Notes: generated by a model from the sequence alone, not told the origin. A DNA stretch of 63,996 bases, filler included, from Perkinsus olseni (GCA_013115125.1; 3 parts of 3 records of this genome joined end to end with filler, not necessarily neighbours in it), one strand, 5' to 3'. Shown: positions 1-12,158, numbered from the whole stretch's first letter. Numbers and translations are program-made.

Positions 1-235
1 CATCAGCCGAGACCGATGCTAGCTGCGGGCCAACGCTGAACGAGGCAACTCGCTCCTCGTCCACCTTAACCCAGTAGGCTTCTAGCGCCTTCAAGGCATT
101 GATCAGCTCTGGTGTCACCTCCCAATCATGGATATTAGCAGACGGGAGGCGTCCCGGGAAGTTCTCGAGGCTGCTCACGATTGCTTCGGCGAGTGGAAGG
201 AGAGCTAGAAGGGCGACGGACCAACTGACGAGCAT
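1..235 (-). CDS. Secreted hypothetical protein, N-terminal part (runs off the window)
   Basis: Manual minus-strand translation from the ATG at 235 gives MLVSWSVALLALLPLAEAIVSSLENFPGRLPSANIHDWEVTPELINALKALEAYW..., open to the window edge. It has a signal-peptide-like start ending AEA. Confidence 0.6.
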   Translation of the reverse strand, partial: MLVSWSVALLALLPLAEAIVSSLENFPGRLPSANIHDWEVTPELINALKALEAYWVKVDEERVASFSVGPQLASVSAD

Positions 236-582
236 CTTTGAGGATTTGTGGAAACCTTAAAAAGGGGTAACTGAGGATATCCTCGCTGGCTGGCGATAAT
301 ACAACTCATAACTGAGTACAGCGCTATGGGATAACGTGAGCTATGGCGTGATGTGTAGCGTTGTCTAGCACGTATAGTTTTGCCCGCGAGTGCAAGATGC
401 GTGCGCTATATTGACGACTGCACGCTACTGTATGCGCAGGCCGCCACTTGGTTCAGTACTACTCAGCCGTCAGACTTTCATCAGTGTAATTACCTTCACT
501 GCTACTGCATATCATTACTTATAGAGCGCAGTAGCAATGATTCATCAGTCGTAGATAACCATCTGACTTCGTTGTACGCCTT

Positions 583-1122
583 ACGCTCGCGTGCATTAGT
601 ATGCGTTCTACGCTAGAACATGCGCTAGGCTAGAACTAACGATAGACCAAAACAGTTTTGGCAAAACTTACGTAAGGCTGGAACTCACGACCACAGCTCC
701 GCTGAACTTACGGAGTTATCGAACGACCGTCGTGTAACTGCGCGTGGTAATGTGTATGTGAGCCTTATTTTACGCGGCTCAACGCGCATATTGCGCGTCA
801 AGGGTGCTCGAACCGAAACGCGTTTTACACGTGACATTGCGCGTACTACCCATCAAGACGCGTATCAGCTCCACGTGATCACGCGTAATGGCGCACTTCG
901 TATGCGGTCATAGCGAGGTGTATTTCGTGCGCTTCACTTTGTGTTTTGCAATGGAGTGAAACCGTTCTACGCGTAGAATTTCTACGCGTAGTCCAGTTGC
1001 ATCCCCACTGTACTGAGTTATAGTGCACTGCACTAAGTGCGGTAGTGATACTACCACTGTGGTACTACACTCGCGTGCATGAGTATGCGTCCTAGGCTAG
1101 AACGTACGCTGCGCTAGATTAC
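583..1122. repeat. Degenerate direct repeat pair (~583-636 and ~1067-1122) flanking an ACGCG-rich tract
   Basis: ACGCTCGCGTGCATTAGTATGCGTTCTACGCTAGAAC versus ACACTCGCGTGCATGAGTATGCGTCCTAGGCTAGAAC. A third, inverted copy of the core lies at 15856-15877. Confidence 0.7.
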
Positions 1123-1471
1123 GCTATGGAATCTCATCACCGAGCAACTCCCTCCGAGTCTGCTTCCACCACTCTTTGAGCTCCGTCTTGAATAGCCACA
1201 CTGTACTGCGTTAAAGTGCACACCGACTGAAAGAAGTTAATGGTTGTTAGCAAGCAGTGAAGGTGGTTGTAACTACAGTGCATGAACGCCGTACACGCAC
1301 ACGTGCTACTCTCAAAGCGAACAAACTCCTAGCGCCGTGAAAACGGAAGCGGGGCGGCCGGATTGACGTTTGACCAGTTTTTGGCGTTGATTCGAGCTTA
1401 CCCTCGAGCCTGTTCGTCACAGTATGCAAATCTCTTTCTGTTGATTGCTAATGGCCCGCTCACTTGCATGC

Positions 1472-4400
1472 ATGAACCCTATCATCGTCCTCTTCGTCAC
1501 CCTCGTAGCACAACTTGCTGCACAAGCATCATCATCTCCACTCGATGCCATAAGTACGGCAACTCTATTGATTACTGTGGCCCGACAGTTCCATCAGATA
1601 CTTGCCCGACAGCGATTTCCTCGTGGCCCCTACTATACCATCAAAGGCCGAACTCCTATTTGGTTGCTCATCATCCTTCTAACGGCAGTGCCCTCCCTAC
1701 TGTGAGGCCCATGACTCTCGCTCGTATGGAACGACTCCTAAGTTTTCGTTCTGTCAGCTGACAACTTCGCATCTACGTAGCCTGTCAGTGATGAGTCTGC
1801 GTCAGAGTACTCAACCAGTGGTATTGGACGCTGTTTGAACTTCGCACTTGCGGGCTGATCGTCCTCGGCGAGAACTCTGTTTTTTGCAAACTCCCCCGGA
1901 ACTGAGCACAGAGGAAATCAGATTTACCAAAACTCAACCAAATCAACACTTTCATGAGTATATAAGCTTCTTCTCTGGCCACACGTTCAGCGATATAGTC
2001 GTTCAATGGTGGTCGCTGCGACCACCATCCGCCCCTTGCCATTCGCCCTTCCCCTGTAGTAAAGGGCCTGTACCGGAAGTATTTGTTTTCTTCTAGATTC
2101 TGTACATCGGGGTGCATTACACGTTCCACCTCGAGCTTTTGGTCATCTCATCATCACTACAACCTGCGATCATGACGAAGCCGATCGCGATGGAAGTCGA
2201 GTTCCACGCGATCGGCTATGAGGTGATGGTCATCGCGATGGCTACCTTGGCTGTACCACCTGTGCATTATCTCTTCGTTTGGGAATGTGGTAGTAGACCA
2301 CAACGTAAGTAGACTGAGCTATCTTAGCTCTAACGAGATAGAGCGGAAAGAGTGAGGAGTAGTCCACCAGCAGGTGACACTGTACTTGACGTAAAGTGGT
2401 ATGCTTTCGAGGAGTGAGTATTGTAGTTGATGACGCGACGCTAGTATGAATCGTACTAGCGTCGTTTCATCAACAAATCATACTGTATGATGAAAGTTAG
2501 TCAACACACAGTTCAATTGTGCTTGCCTAGCACTGCTAGGTAGACAGGCCACCTCTCAGTATTCATACAACGTGACGACGCTGGAGTCATCCGTCCGAGG
2601 GAGGGACATCAGTAATGATGACGATGCAGCCTTCAGTATGGAGGACGCTACTGAGATTTACGAAGAGTATGGTATGAATACACACGCAACCGTGACGGCC
2701 TACCCGCAAGGGGACCCTCGGATACCGGTGAACAGTTCTGCCATCGTGTGGAGAGGAAACTTTTATCTACCATACCACTACTACGAGGTAGGCCCCTGGT
2801 GGATGCTGGCCACCACGCGACATCGCAGGTCAACTTCATCCCTCTGCGGACTGGCGTTTATCATCTTAAAGTGATGTGCATCGAAGAGGACGGGCACTCT
2901 CAAAGGGCACTTGTTCTATCACCAAACACAACCACGCCTCTCGCGCTCACGACGGATGAGGAGGAGTTCCTCAGTAACTTAACTCACACTCTGACGCAGC
3001 ATCATGGATACGCCGACGAGGTACAGTAGCAGAGACATCCAGGCTGCGAGGGCTCGCTTCGCAACATCGTGCCATCTCTCCTCTAGACACGCTCGCCATC
3101 GGTGTATGGACAAGAATCTCTCACAGGGCGCTACGGTGTCGCCCTGTCGGATAGAACAGCTTTCGGCTTCTTAGGGACTTCTGAATTTGCTGATGTTCAA
3201 GACGATATCGACTGTCAACGCTACAGCTACCCTGTCAATGCCATCGGGAAAGAATTCCCTCCTTCTTCTCATCCCTTCGCACAGCGGTTCCTTTCGGGCT
3301 GGCCAAAACATCGTTTTCGAAATTGTAAGTATTGGTATAACTTCAGCGACCACCGTTGGTCGCAGTTACTGCGAGACGCCTTCTATAACGATCTCGACGC
3401 CAATACTGCTGTACCGCCTCTTCTAGCAAATCCCGATAACGACGAAGTCCTCGGCTCCGTCGTGATTATACGACTTTTCAATCAGTCTTCGCCAGAAGTG
3501 ACTCAGCCCTTCAGTGGCAGTTGCATTCATCGATCCCTACCGCGGGTACCAGCTCCATCATCAATAAGATCGAAACGAGATGAGCATCAGATACGGTGCT
3601 CGGTCGTTCCTGTTGGTTGGGCTAGTTCAAGTATGATGATGAGTCTGAAGGTTATGAGCGAGGAGATCGCTCGACTACATCACAAGTATCCAACACTGGA
3701 CGCTCACACAGTAAAGCTCCGCGGTCAACTTCAAAGCGGCGCATTTCTTTCACCAGCGTAACGAGCACGGTGGATACTCAACATGGGCCGAGCAGGGACC
3801 TTTTCCGATGCCAATACGCCCCGGCACCATTGAACCTTCAAGGTGGCTCGAGTGACGCTTTCGCTTCTTTTTCAACGGCGGTATCAGGTGCCGAGCTACC
3901 TGGCCTGTCGATGACGTGCCAGCGACAGTTACTGCTGGTGAGTACGAAAAGTTTGTTATTGTCGATTTATTTGACGCATACGGTAACCGGCATGAAGATA
4001 CCAGTGAGGTGAACAGTATAGCGGCCTACCTACAGCTCCAGGAGGGTTTCTCCTGCTCAATCCCCAATGATAAAATCTACCCCTCGACGTCCTCATTTAC
4101 CATCTACCTCGGTTGCACCACCGCCTCTTCGAGCGCACAACTCGAAGTCATCATCAATGGCCAGCCCATTGATGTCAGCAGCATCACCCCATTCCCGATC
4201 AACCCATCAACAGTGGACAGGCTGACGACTGGGTGCGCTCCTACTCCGGGCGGCTCGGCTTGGTCGTCGAACACCCAATACAATTGGACTTGCACGATGA
4301 AAGATTCCTACGGCAACCCGATTAGTCGCGACACCCTGGTCGGTCGAGCCATAGCGACGGTTATCGGTGCGAGTCTTCATATGAGAGCGATGCTGCACTC

Positions 4401-5487
4401 ACAGTTCTTACCATTACAATACAGTAACAGCAGCAACGCCACCAGCAGGTGACACTGTACTTGACGTAAAGTGGTATTATACCACTGGTATACTTTCGAT
4501 AGGTGCACGGAAGGCGTGGTTGAGTCCTCCGGCATCTCGACAACAGGGGTCCACTTAAACGGTGAGTTTCTCTTCACGCCCAAGTTCACCGAGATCGGCA
4601 ACTATTCCGTTGCGGTGTGGCTCCGCCAAAGGAGAGGTCTGCTTGCTCAGTAAAACTCGGCATGTGTTGTTCTCTCATCTTCATCTCCGGCCATCACTCT
4701 GAGTCATCAGGTACTTTCGCAACTCTGATTTCACCTCCTTAGTGCATCGTCGGTCACTCGTACGACACAGAACCTTCACACCGATACCATACACGACCGT
4801 AGCCTACAATGATGTCTACGGTACGCCGGGTGTGAGCCTCAGCGACGACGTGGAAGCGACAAAAGCTAGAAGTGTCAGAATGATAGGCTCTGTGGAGCTT
4901 CGGGTAGAGTCAACTTCACCCGTTGAGATGAGAGTGCAACTGGCCCACCCCGGTGGCTTCGGAGTGAGAGTAAAGGTCGGGCCACTTGGGAGTACACTCC
5001 TGATGAGGACGGGTCTCACTCCGTCTACTGGGAACTCTTCCCCCTGCGACAGTTCCCTGATAACTGTCATAAACTCGGATGAAGCTGGCGCTGACGATGA
5101 TGGCAGGTTCGAAGGTATCATCACTTATGACGATTTGAGTACGTTGCAGACTAACGCTGGTGACCAGCCGTCGGTGTCGGCGCCCGATCTGTCCGCATAC
5201 TCTGGCTACATGCTTGATATAGTGCTTGAGTACTGGACTGAGGCTTCTTCCGAGGTTGCTGATGATGACCGTCTGATGATACTGTGGTGCACAAGTACAT
5301 CAAACTGCACGGACTCGTCATCGTGGCAGGCGATCCCCTCACTATGCGCCTTCTACCCCACAAACGTTGCAGCATTTGCAGCGGCAGCGTCTCCGGTTGA
5401 CATCATTCCCTTGGTTACGATACTCTGAGGCTTCAACATACGATGATCATCATTGCTCAGATCGCAGTGGATTCTAGATTCTACTGA
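1472..5487 (+). CDS. Large multi-exon secreted protein with Ig/filamin-like and PA14-like segments
   Basis: Signal peptide MNPIIVLFVTLVAQLAAQA. ORF pieces can be joined by GT-AG introns. Filamin/Ig-like motifs (VTAGE..F.IVD.FDAYGN, CTMKDSYGNPI, FTPKFTEIGNYSVAV) and a PA14-like start GLLAQ/YFRNSDFT. Exon structure is approximate. Confidence 0.55.
2364..2410 (+). repeat. Duplicate of the exon/intron junction at 4439-4499
   Basis: 39 identical nt CCACCAGCAGGTGACACTGTACTTGACGTAAAGTGGTAT at 2364-2402 and 4439-4477. Similarity resumes (CTTTCGA) after a 14-nt indel. Confidence 0.9.
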
Positions 5488-5676
5488 GTAGAGCTATAGA
5501 GCGGTGAAACCATGTATCACTTTGCGATTTGTTATCATGCACGAAGAAGTAGTCACGCTTCCCCGTACAAATCATTGTTTGACTTCCAAGTACCTGGAGG
5601 GATAGTGTTGCTACGTCATGAGCGACGCCGGCTTCCGCTGAGTTTTATTCCTAGTTTTCTTCCGAGTTGAGTTGGG

Positions 5677-7506
5677 ATGGAGCTCAGCAGTCATCCAATC
5701 TTCGTTTACGGAACGCTCATGTCGGCGGAGGTCCGGTCGAGTCTAGCCACCGCCACGTCATCGTCTGTGGTGTTTCAGCTGCGTTCGGCGTTACTTGGTC
5801 GCGAAGTCCCTTGTTGCACAGCGGTACTCCCAGCCTCAGCGGGTTATCGGAGGTCAGTCCGTGATTTGAGCTCCGCGTGAAATAGTGGAAATCCACACAA
5901 ACTCCGTTCTTCCTGACATAGTGGCCGCACCCACGCAAAAGAGTCATTTTCTCGCGAGTTGCTTCAACTGAATCCCACGCTGTTAGAAATGGGTGTATCA
6001 CTACGCGAAAGATCATGAAGCTTCATCCTTATTATGCCGGGTTCTATATTACGATTATATGAATCAATGATTCATGAAAAATGATCTGATAATGGATGGT
6101 CGATCATATGATATGATCGACCATCCATTATCAGATTATTTTTGGGTCGTATAGTCTTCTCGCGTACTACACTTCTTCTCGCGATCAGATTAACTGTCAA
6201 CGAAGAAAGGTATCCGGCATTGATCAGAGACACGGATGGCGAAGGGCAGGCAATAGTCGGTCAGTTGCTGAGTACTCTCACTGCAGACGATTTGAAGCTT
6301 ATTGTCGAGTACGAAGGCGACGAGTAAGCCCCCACTTGAACGACTCTTCGGATGCTTCCGCAAGCTGTTGCCGGTAGTCTCTGTGACAATCTCATCGCTT
6401 TACCTTTTCTTATAAGCTCCTCCTCTTGTGTTACAGTCCTACTCTCCAGTACACGTTCAGATCTTCCTCATCCTCACGACTGGCTGAGACTTGGTTCCTC
6501 CGTTTTGCGAACAGGTACTTCGTTTCGACGCTTAAGGTGATGGGCAGTGAATCGATAGAAGTCGAAGCTGCAGTTTTTTTGTGGAAGGAGGATTTACGCT
6601 CTCGATTGGGCCACAAGGGTAAGTCGACCACAGAGAACGTCTGGAAAAGGTTTGCTAATTCGAGTTCCCCACTAGAGAGTAAGGGCGTGTTCAATAAACC
6701 GACCGCATTTCACGTGTGGAAAACAATTCTCGAATCTATCCACGGTTTCAAAATTGGTTTATTGATCGGGGGTTCAACCATGCATGAGTTTCGAGTGACC
6801 TCGCTGATTTGCTCCAAGATGGGCGGTGCTGTGGGCCTTCATTCACATTGTCTCTCTGACTCCCCTTGGACTGAACGCTAGACAGTGTCTGGTAGACACA
6901 GTTGACATAATACAACTATCACAGTTAGGCTAACTTAGTTAGCAGCAACAGAGAGAGATAACAATGAGAACACCGTTGGCTGCAAGCTGCAGCCCTCAGC
7001 TATAATCGATCAAGCCGCGCAAGATACGGCGAATGAATGGTCATGGCGACTGCAGCGAGGCATCGCTTGCAGCTGTCAACGATTGATGCGTTACGAGCCC
7101 TGTCTTTGACTCCCAGTCTCATCGGTGGGTGAATCAAGGTTATCGTATGGTCACTGCACCCTTACAAGCTCTTTTAAACCCTCAGGCATACCATGGGACT
7201 TCTCTGAATGGCTCACGATGGGTTTGGAAGAGGCCGTCGCCGAAGCACGTTCTGTTGGCTCCAAGCATGTAACTGACAAGGCGGTGAGTTCTATCTGCGT
7301 TGACTGGCGAGCTAGAGCGGAGTTCGATTCCTCAGGAGCAGCGTTCACGCTTGGCGGCCAGAGTTGATGATGAGATCGGAGAAGTTATCAATGCGGACTC
7401 AGGAAAGCCAGCTTGGGACGACGAGGACTACCTCCTGCTTTCCCGGATAGCCCTGGCACGCGAGAGAGATCCAGACTCTCGAGTCCGGAACTATACCAAA
7501 CTGTGA
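5677..7506 (+). CDS. Gamma-glutamylcyclotransferase / AIG2-like protein (spliced)
   Basis: Motifs IFVYGTLM, YPALI, IVGQLL, LIVEYEGDEY, AVFLW and WDFSEW join in frame through GT-AG introns, e.g. 5853-6188, 6324-6514 and 6619-7185. Confidence 0.8.
6077..6143. repeat. Long palindrome, 33-bp arms, single G spacer
   Basis: Arms 6077-6109 and 6111-6143 are reverse complements with one mismatch. Confidence 0.95.
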
Positions 7507-7691
7507 AGGAAGCGATGTTTCCCAATACCGACTCTCATTAAAAGTCTTTCAAGTTCTCTCAAGAGGTGTCGAGTTCTTGTGACACACAAATCCCAGTGTT
7601 GGTGATGAAGATTCCCTCGCGAATCCAACGACGAATGAGATGTTGAAACCTCTGATCTGCGAGTTAAGCTCGCCGAGTTTGGGAGGGGAAG

Positions 7692-7765
7692 AAGTCGCTG
7701 GCCATAGGACGCAGCCCGAAACACGAGTATGTATAGCGGCGGCATAGAAACCACCAGCACGATGG
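7692..7765. repeat. 74-bp dispersed repeat, copy 1
   Basis: Matches 19703-19776 with 3 mismatches, same orientation. Confidence 0.9.
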
Positions 7766-9102
7766 TTGGTATAGTAGAGTTGGTAGGGCTCCCGTTTTTC
7801 ATGACGATGGCCGCAGGTTCAAGTCTACAGTAGACAATACAACCGGTCAAACCCCACACAATTCGCTTTGCATGACGAACTACACGAAGCCCGCGCAATG
7901 TAGAGTGGTGCAAATACGGAGACGAAGCAAGCGCTCGCCTGCGGCGCTAGTGCCGACGCTTACGTACCTGCAAGCTGCACCAGAGGATGGAGTTGATGAG
8001 CATTCTGATAATGTCGATATTATTGATCGTTTTCGACTCCCAACTGGTTGAGCGTGTATAGGAGTCGCGGGTTTTCTTTTGCCACCCTCAGCCACCTGGG
8101 GGTTTTGTTTGGTATTGGACTTACTCGTTCTGTGCATTGCTGTTGCCTCGTAGTCCAATAGCCACAGCTATCATCGACAGGGCGGGACGAGTCGAGTTAG
8201 ACGAGTTTAGGGTGGGTCGTGTGCATCGGAGCAGGATTTGCACTTCGCTGAACACGGCCTTGCCATTTTGCCGATTGTCTCGACGCTTTGGGCGTTGGAT
8301 ACTACGTTATCGCCGAGCTTCTGCGTAGCAGCATCACAGGTGGAAAGAAGCGACACTCAGTGAGATTCTGTCAAGCCGTTCGTCCTGGAGGCGACATCAC
8401 ACGCGAGAAGAAAACGCCGTCTGAGTGGATTCTGAAGGGTCATCTTATCCTTCCTTTGCCTGTGACCACCAAAAGGTTCAACCTTTAAGGTTGCCGAGGG
8501 GTCATTCACGCATGACTGAGGAGTCGTTCGTTAGGTCGGAACCTTGCAATTTCAGTCTTGAAGAATACAATCCTCCTTAGGTTGGTCTCTTCAGGATTTT
8601 GCTGTACTCCTGTCTTCTCTATCGGGCCTCAATTAAGGAAAGGGTAGAATGCGTTGGAATGTTGCGCACTTGTATGTATGCGTGCTTAACCAGATCTACA
8701 CCTAATAAGCGCTCGCTGACCACTTAAGCTATGGCCCCTCACGGTTGTGTTAACTTAATCTGAGCACTAGAGTTGCCACTCGCTCACACCCGACACAAAC
8801 CCTACGACAGGCTCTTTGATAAACTCGTCTAAACTCCCACCGACCTAAACCCCCTACAGTAGAGGTACAGTAGAGCAGTAACTGCTCTTTGATCAAGTTG
8901 ACTAGTAAGACGGCCATTGCCCGGCCCGGGCAAAACACGCGTGCACCGCAGTATCACGCGAACACATGGAGTGCTGAAGGAGGCAGATTTGTGTCGGTCA
9001 CCGTTGGTCATCTACGTTCAGAATCGATCATTGTCAAGAATAATAGACTGAAGCACATTATGAAGACTTCACGGTGAAGTACTCAGTCATCGTGATGACC
9101 CC

Positions 9103-9600
9103 TCACGCTCGGCACAATGGTGGGCACGAGGTGGGCACATAGGGACCGCTAGGGGCACCGTTTCCACCGTTACCCCCATTGCCACCGCCGTCGCTGCCAC
9201 CGTTACCACCAGGACCTCCATTCCCGCCAGCACTATTGGCGTTACCTCTCCCGCCATTACCGCCAGCGCCACCATTGCCGCCAGGACCGAAGTGACCGCC
9301 ATCACCGCCATTACCACCAGCACCACCATTGCCGCCTTGAAGGAGGCGAAGCATATCGCTTGACAGAAAACGGCCGGTAGAGTGATGTAGAGCACCGACG
9401 GCGGAATCGTCATCTACCAAGTAGCCCTTTCGCCTGTGTCGCCTGTAGCCCATCAGGACATCGCTATTCCTCGCGTCGCCATCCTGGACAACTAGGGAGC
9501 TAAATTTTCCCACAGCGATGTCCTGATGATAATCGTCTTGAATGGCAATGGCAAGAGAGATGATTTGCAGCACAGCCACGAAGGGGGAGTTTATCTGCAT
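9103..9600 (-). CDS. Secreted glycine-rich (GGNGG-repeat) protein, about 165 aa
   Basis: ATG at 9600, signal-like MQINSPFVAVLQIISLAIA, a C-terminal GGNGGAGGNGG array and a final CPPLC. Intronless. Confidence 0.75.
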   Translation of the reverse strand: MQINSPFVAVLQIISLAIAIQDDYHQDIAVGKFSSLVVQDGDARNSDVLMGYRRHRRKGYLVDDDSAVGALHHSTGRFLSSDMLRLLQGGNGGAGGNGGDGGHFGPGGNGGAGGNGGRGNANSAGGNGGPGGNGGSDGGGNGGNGGNGAPSGPYVPTSCPPLCRA

Positions 9601-11311
9601 GTAAAAATCCAGAACCTGATAGTATAATCGCCAAAACCCTAGTGAAGTTAGAGGTTTAATCAGTTCCTGAGCGATTGGAGACTCCAGGTTGGAGGTAATT
9701 CCAGGTACATGAGAATGGACCGTAGCGGGAGTGGCACTATGTACCGTACGTAATGTAGTACATTGAATGTACGTACTCGACAAAATGTGTACCTGTCGTT
9801 CGATAGATATCAGACCGAGACCTCTTCTTGAAGTGGGAAAGAGGAAACCTACATGCCGAGGATTGGCTCGTTCCAACCTCCGTTGAATAGATCACGGCAC
9901 GCTATACTATAGCGCCTTTAGCCTGTCTATGACGGCTATAGACAGGGCACGCATATGCACTCGGCGCAACTGGTCACAGCGTCGACGTCTTAACCGAAAC
10001 GATTTTTTGATGATTTAAAGCGATATGAGATGGTCCTAATGCAATGCCGAGAGCATGAGAGGGCGGTGCGTGCAGCACTTGCTGCTCGAAATAGCGAACA
10101 TGGTAACACTGGGAGACACCGGTAAGCCACGCTATGGGACACTGCTAGCCTAGCAGTGCTAGGCTAGTGGTACTAGCCCCGTTCGCCTACAGGATATCTG
10201 GCCCAGGCTCATCGGGGGTCTCAAATTATCCACATCGACTCTTATTCTCAGGCAAGCTCAGTACCACTACCACTGCGACGCAAGTAGACGAGACCGCGAG
10301 CTGGAGCACTGATCGAAGACCAATGTACGACCGGAAAAGCAGGAAGGTTGTCCCCGGGACATCGCCCTCGACCAGCTTCGTCACCGTGCGACCCGTACAA
10401 ACCCTGCCCAAGTGGCACACGGTGTGGTGGAGTGAAGAGTAACGTGGAGGCGATGGATCACTTCGTCGCCGGTAACTAAGTATCCGAGAACACACAATAG
10501 ATTACTAATTGATTCGAAACAGGAACCTGGAGCTGACTCGGTGCAAATTGGGCCTGCTCTGTGGCGTTGAGTGTTATAGTTACAATTTGTGTACTGTAGC
10601 AGGCGTGCACGAAAAGTCCCGTGCTCACTATTGCTATGTATATGCCTGTCACTAAGGTCAAACAATCGGCGCAACAGAGCGGGGTCGGGTTCGAAGAAGC
10701 CTCAAGCGACGGTGCGCTACTCTCGTCGCGCGCTATCTCCTTGTGAGAGCCCGGGCTCGTGATTGTATAAAATCTCTCTCGTTTGCGTTGTGGAGATATC
10801 ATTAAGCATATTCTTGGATTAACTGCCCCTGTAAGAAATAATCGCCTACGAAACTGGTTATGGCCGAAAAAAAGCAGACCGAAACACAATTCGGTGGACC
10901 AGAATTCGAACCGCAATTTGGACGAAACAATATAAGGAGCGTGCATTTTTCTTAGGCAAATCCGGGAAACGAAGGTTATCTCGTTCCCAAAGAGCGTTTG
11001 AATTTGAAAGTTGGGCGGCATATACATTTTGAAGCGTGGAATGTATTGATATATAGATCAACCGTTTCATCGACCGTTTCAGCGCCATAGGGCGCGCGAC
11101 GTAAATTTCGCGCGTCTGAGATGTGCAAATTTCTTACACCCAAGCGATTTGGGCCAAATCGCCGCGATTTGATCGCCGATCGCGACTCCCACTGCACGAA
11201 AGGCCGTAATTCACCGTGAATTTTTCACGTGATCCGATCCCCTTCCACGCTCCATGCAGAGTTGTATCGTGAATATGAGCAGTTATTGCGCTGAAGCGCG
11301 ATCGATATAAT

Positions 11312-12158
11312 GGAGATGCACCCGTGTTGTGTAAAACGCGGGTGTTTCACGCGTTACGAAGAACACAACGCGTTATGAGCATAAATTTAGGGTATAACGC
11401 GTGAAACGCGAAATGGGCTCATAACGCGGTATGTGTAACGTGTTATGATAACGCCAAGCGTGATGCTGAGCACTGAACATGGAACACAACCGGAAGGTAT
11501 CGACGTACGAGAAACTATCAAGGAGCGACACCAATACCAGTCTGTTGATGACATAGGAAGTCGAAATTAACGATAATTATACACGCACAGACCGCTCTGG
11601 GAGGCCTGTTGTCGGCTCTTTCTCCCGGAGAACTCCCGGGTTTCCAACACCCTCGAGCCGGACACTCAGGTCGATGACGGTGATCAGGTTGAATCCATGA
11701 TGTCGGAATCGGATGCTGGGGGTCAAACAAGCGAGCCTGCGCCCACTCTTCAGGAACAAAAGGAGAAGCTCCGAGAGGAGAGGGCGGGTAGAAAGCGTCC
11801 CGCGCCAAAAGCCAAGGCTGCTGCGGCCAAGCCGAAGCCGAAGAGAGAAAAACGAAAGTGGCTCAGTCACTAGGGCTATGGTGAGTGCATGGTGCAACGC
11901 GTATGTGCTGTTTCTGAGTCACGCGAGTGCGCTGAGCTGTTTTTAAGCTAATCACGGATTCGGTAGTGCGATGATAGATGTGAACCGCCGCACCGCGTTG
12001 TGTTATACGCGTTTTCTTACCGCGATAACGCGTAGTACGCGTTATGGCGTTAAACGCGCGCGTTATACCGCGGAGTGGTATCACTACACAACACATCGCG
12101 TTTTACGCGTGAAACACTTCGCGCAAAACTGTTTTACGCGTTTTACGGGTGCATCTCC
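11312..12158. mobile_element. Non-autonomous DNA transposon (MITE-like), 847 bp
   Basis: Perfect 14-bp terminal inverted repeats GGAGATGCACCCGT (11312-11325 and 12145-12158), AAT on both sides (11309-11311, 12159-12161), and subterminal ACGCG arrays including an inverted GTGTTTCACGCGT. Confidence 0.8.

Noticed and set aside
9103-9340. Horizontal transfer of a mycobacterial PE_PGRS gene
   Set aside because: No PE domain; low-complexity similarity alone is not evidence of transfer.
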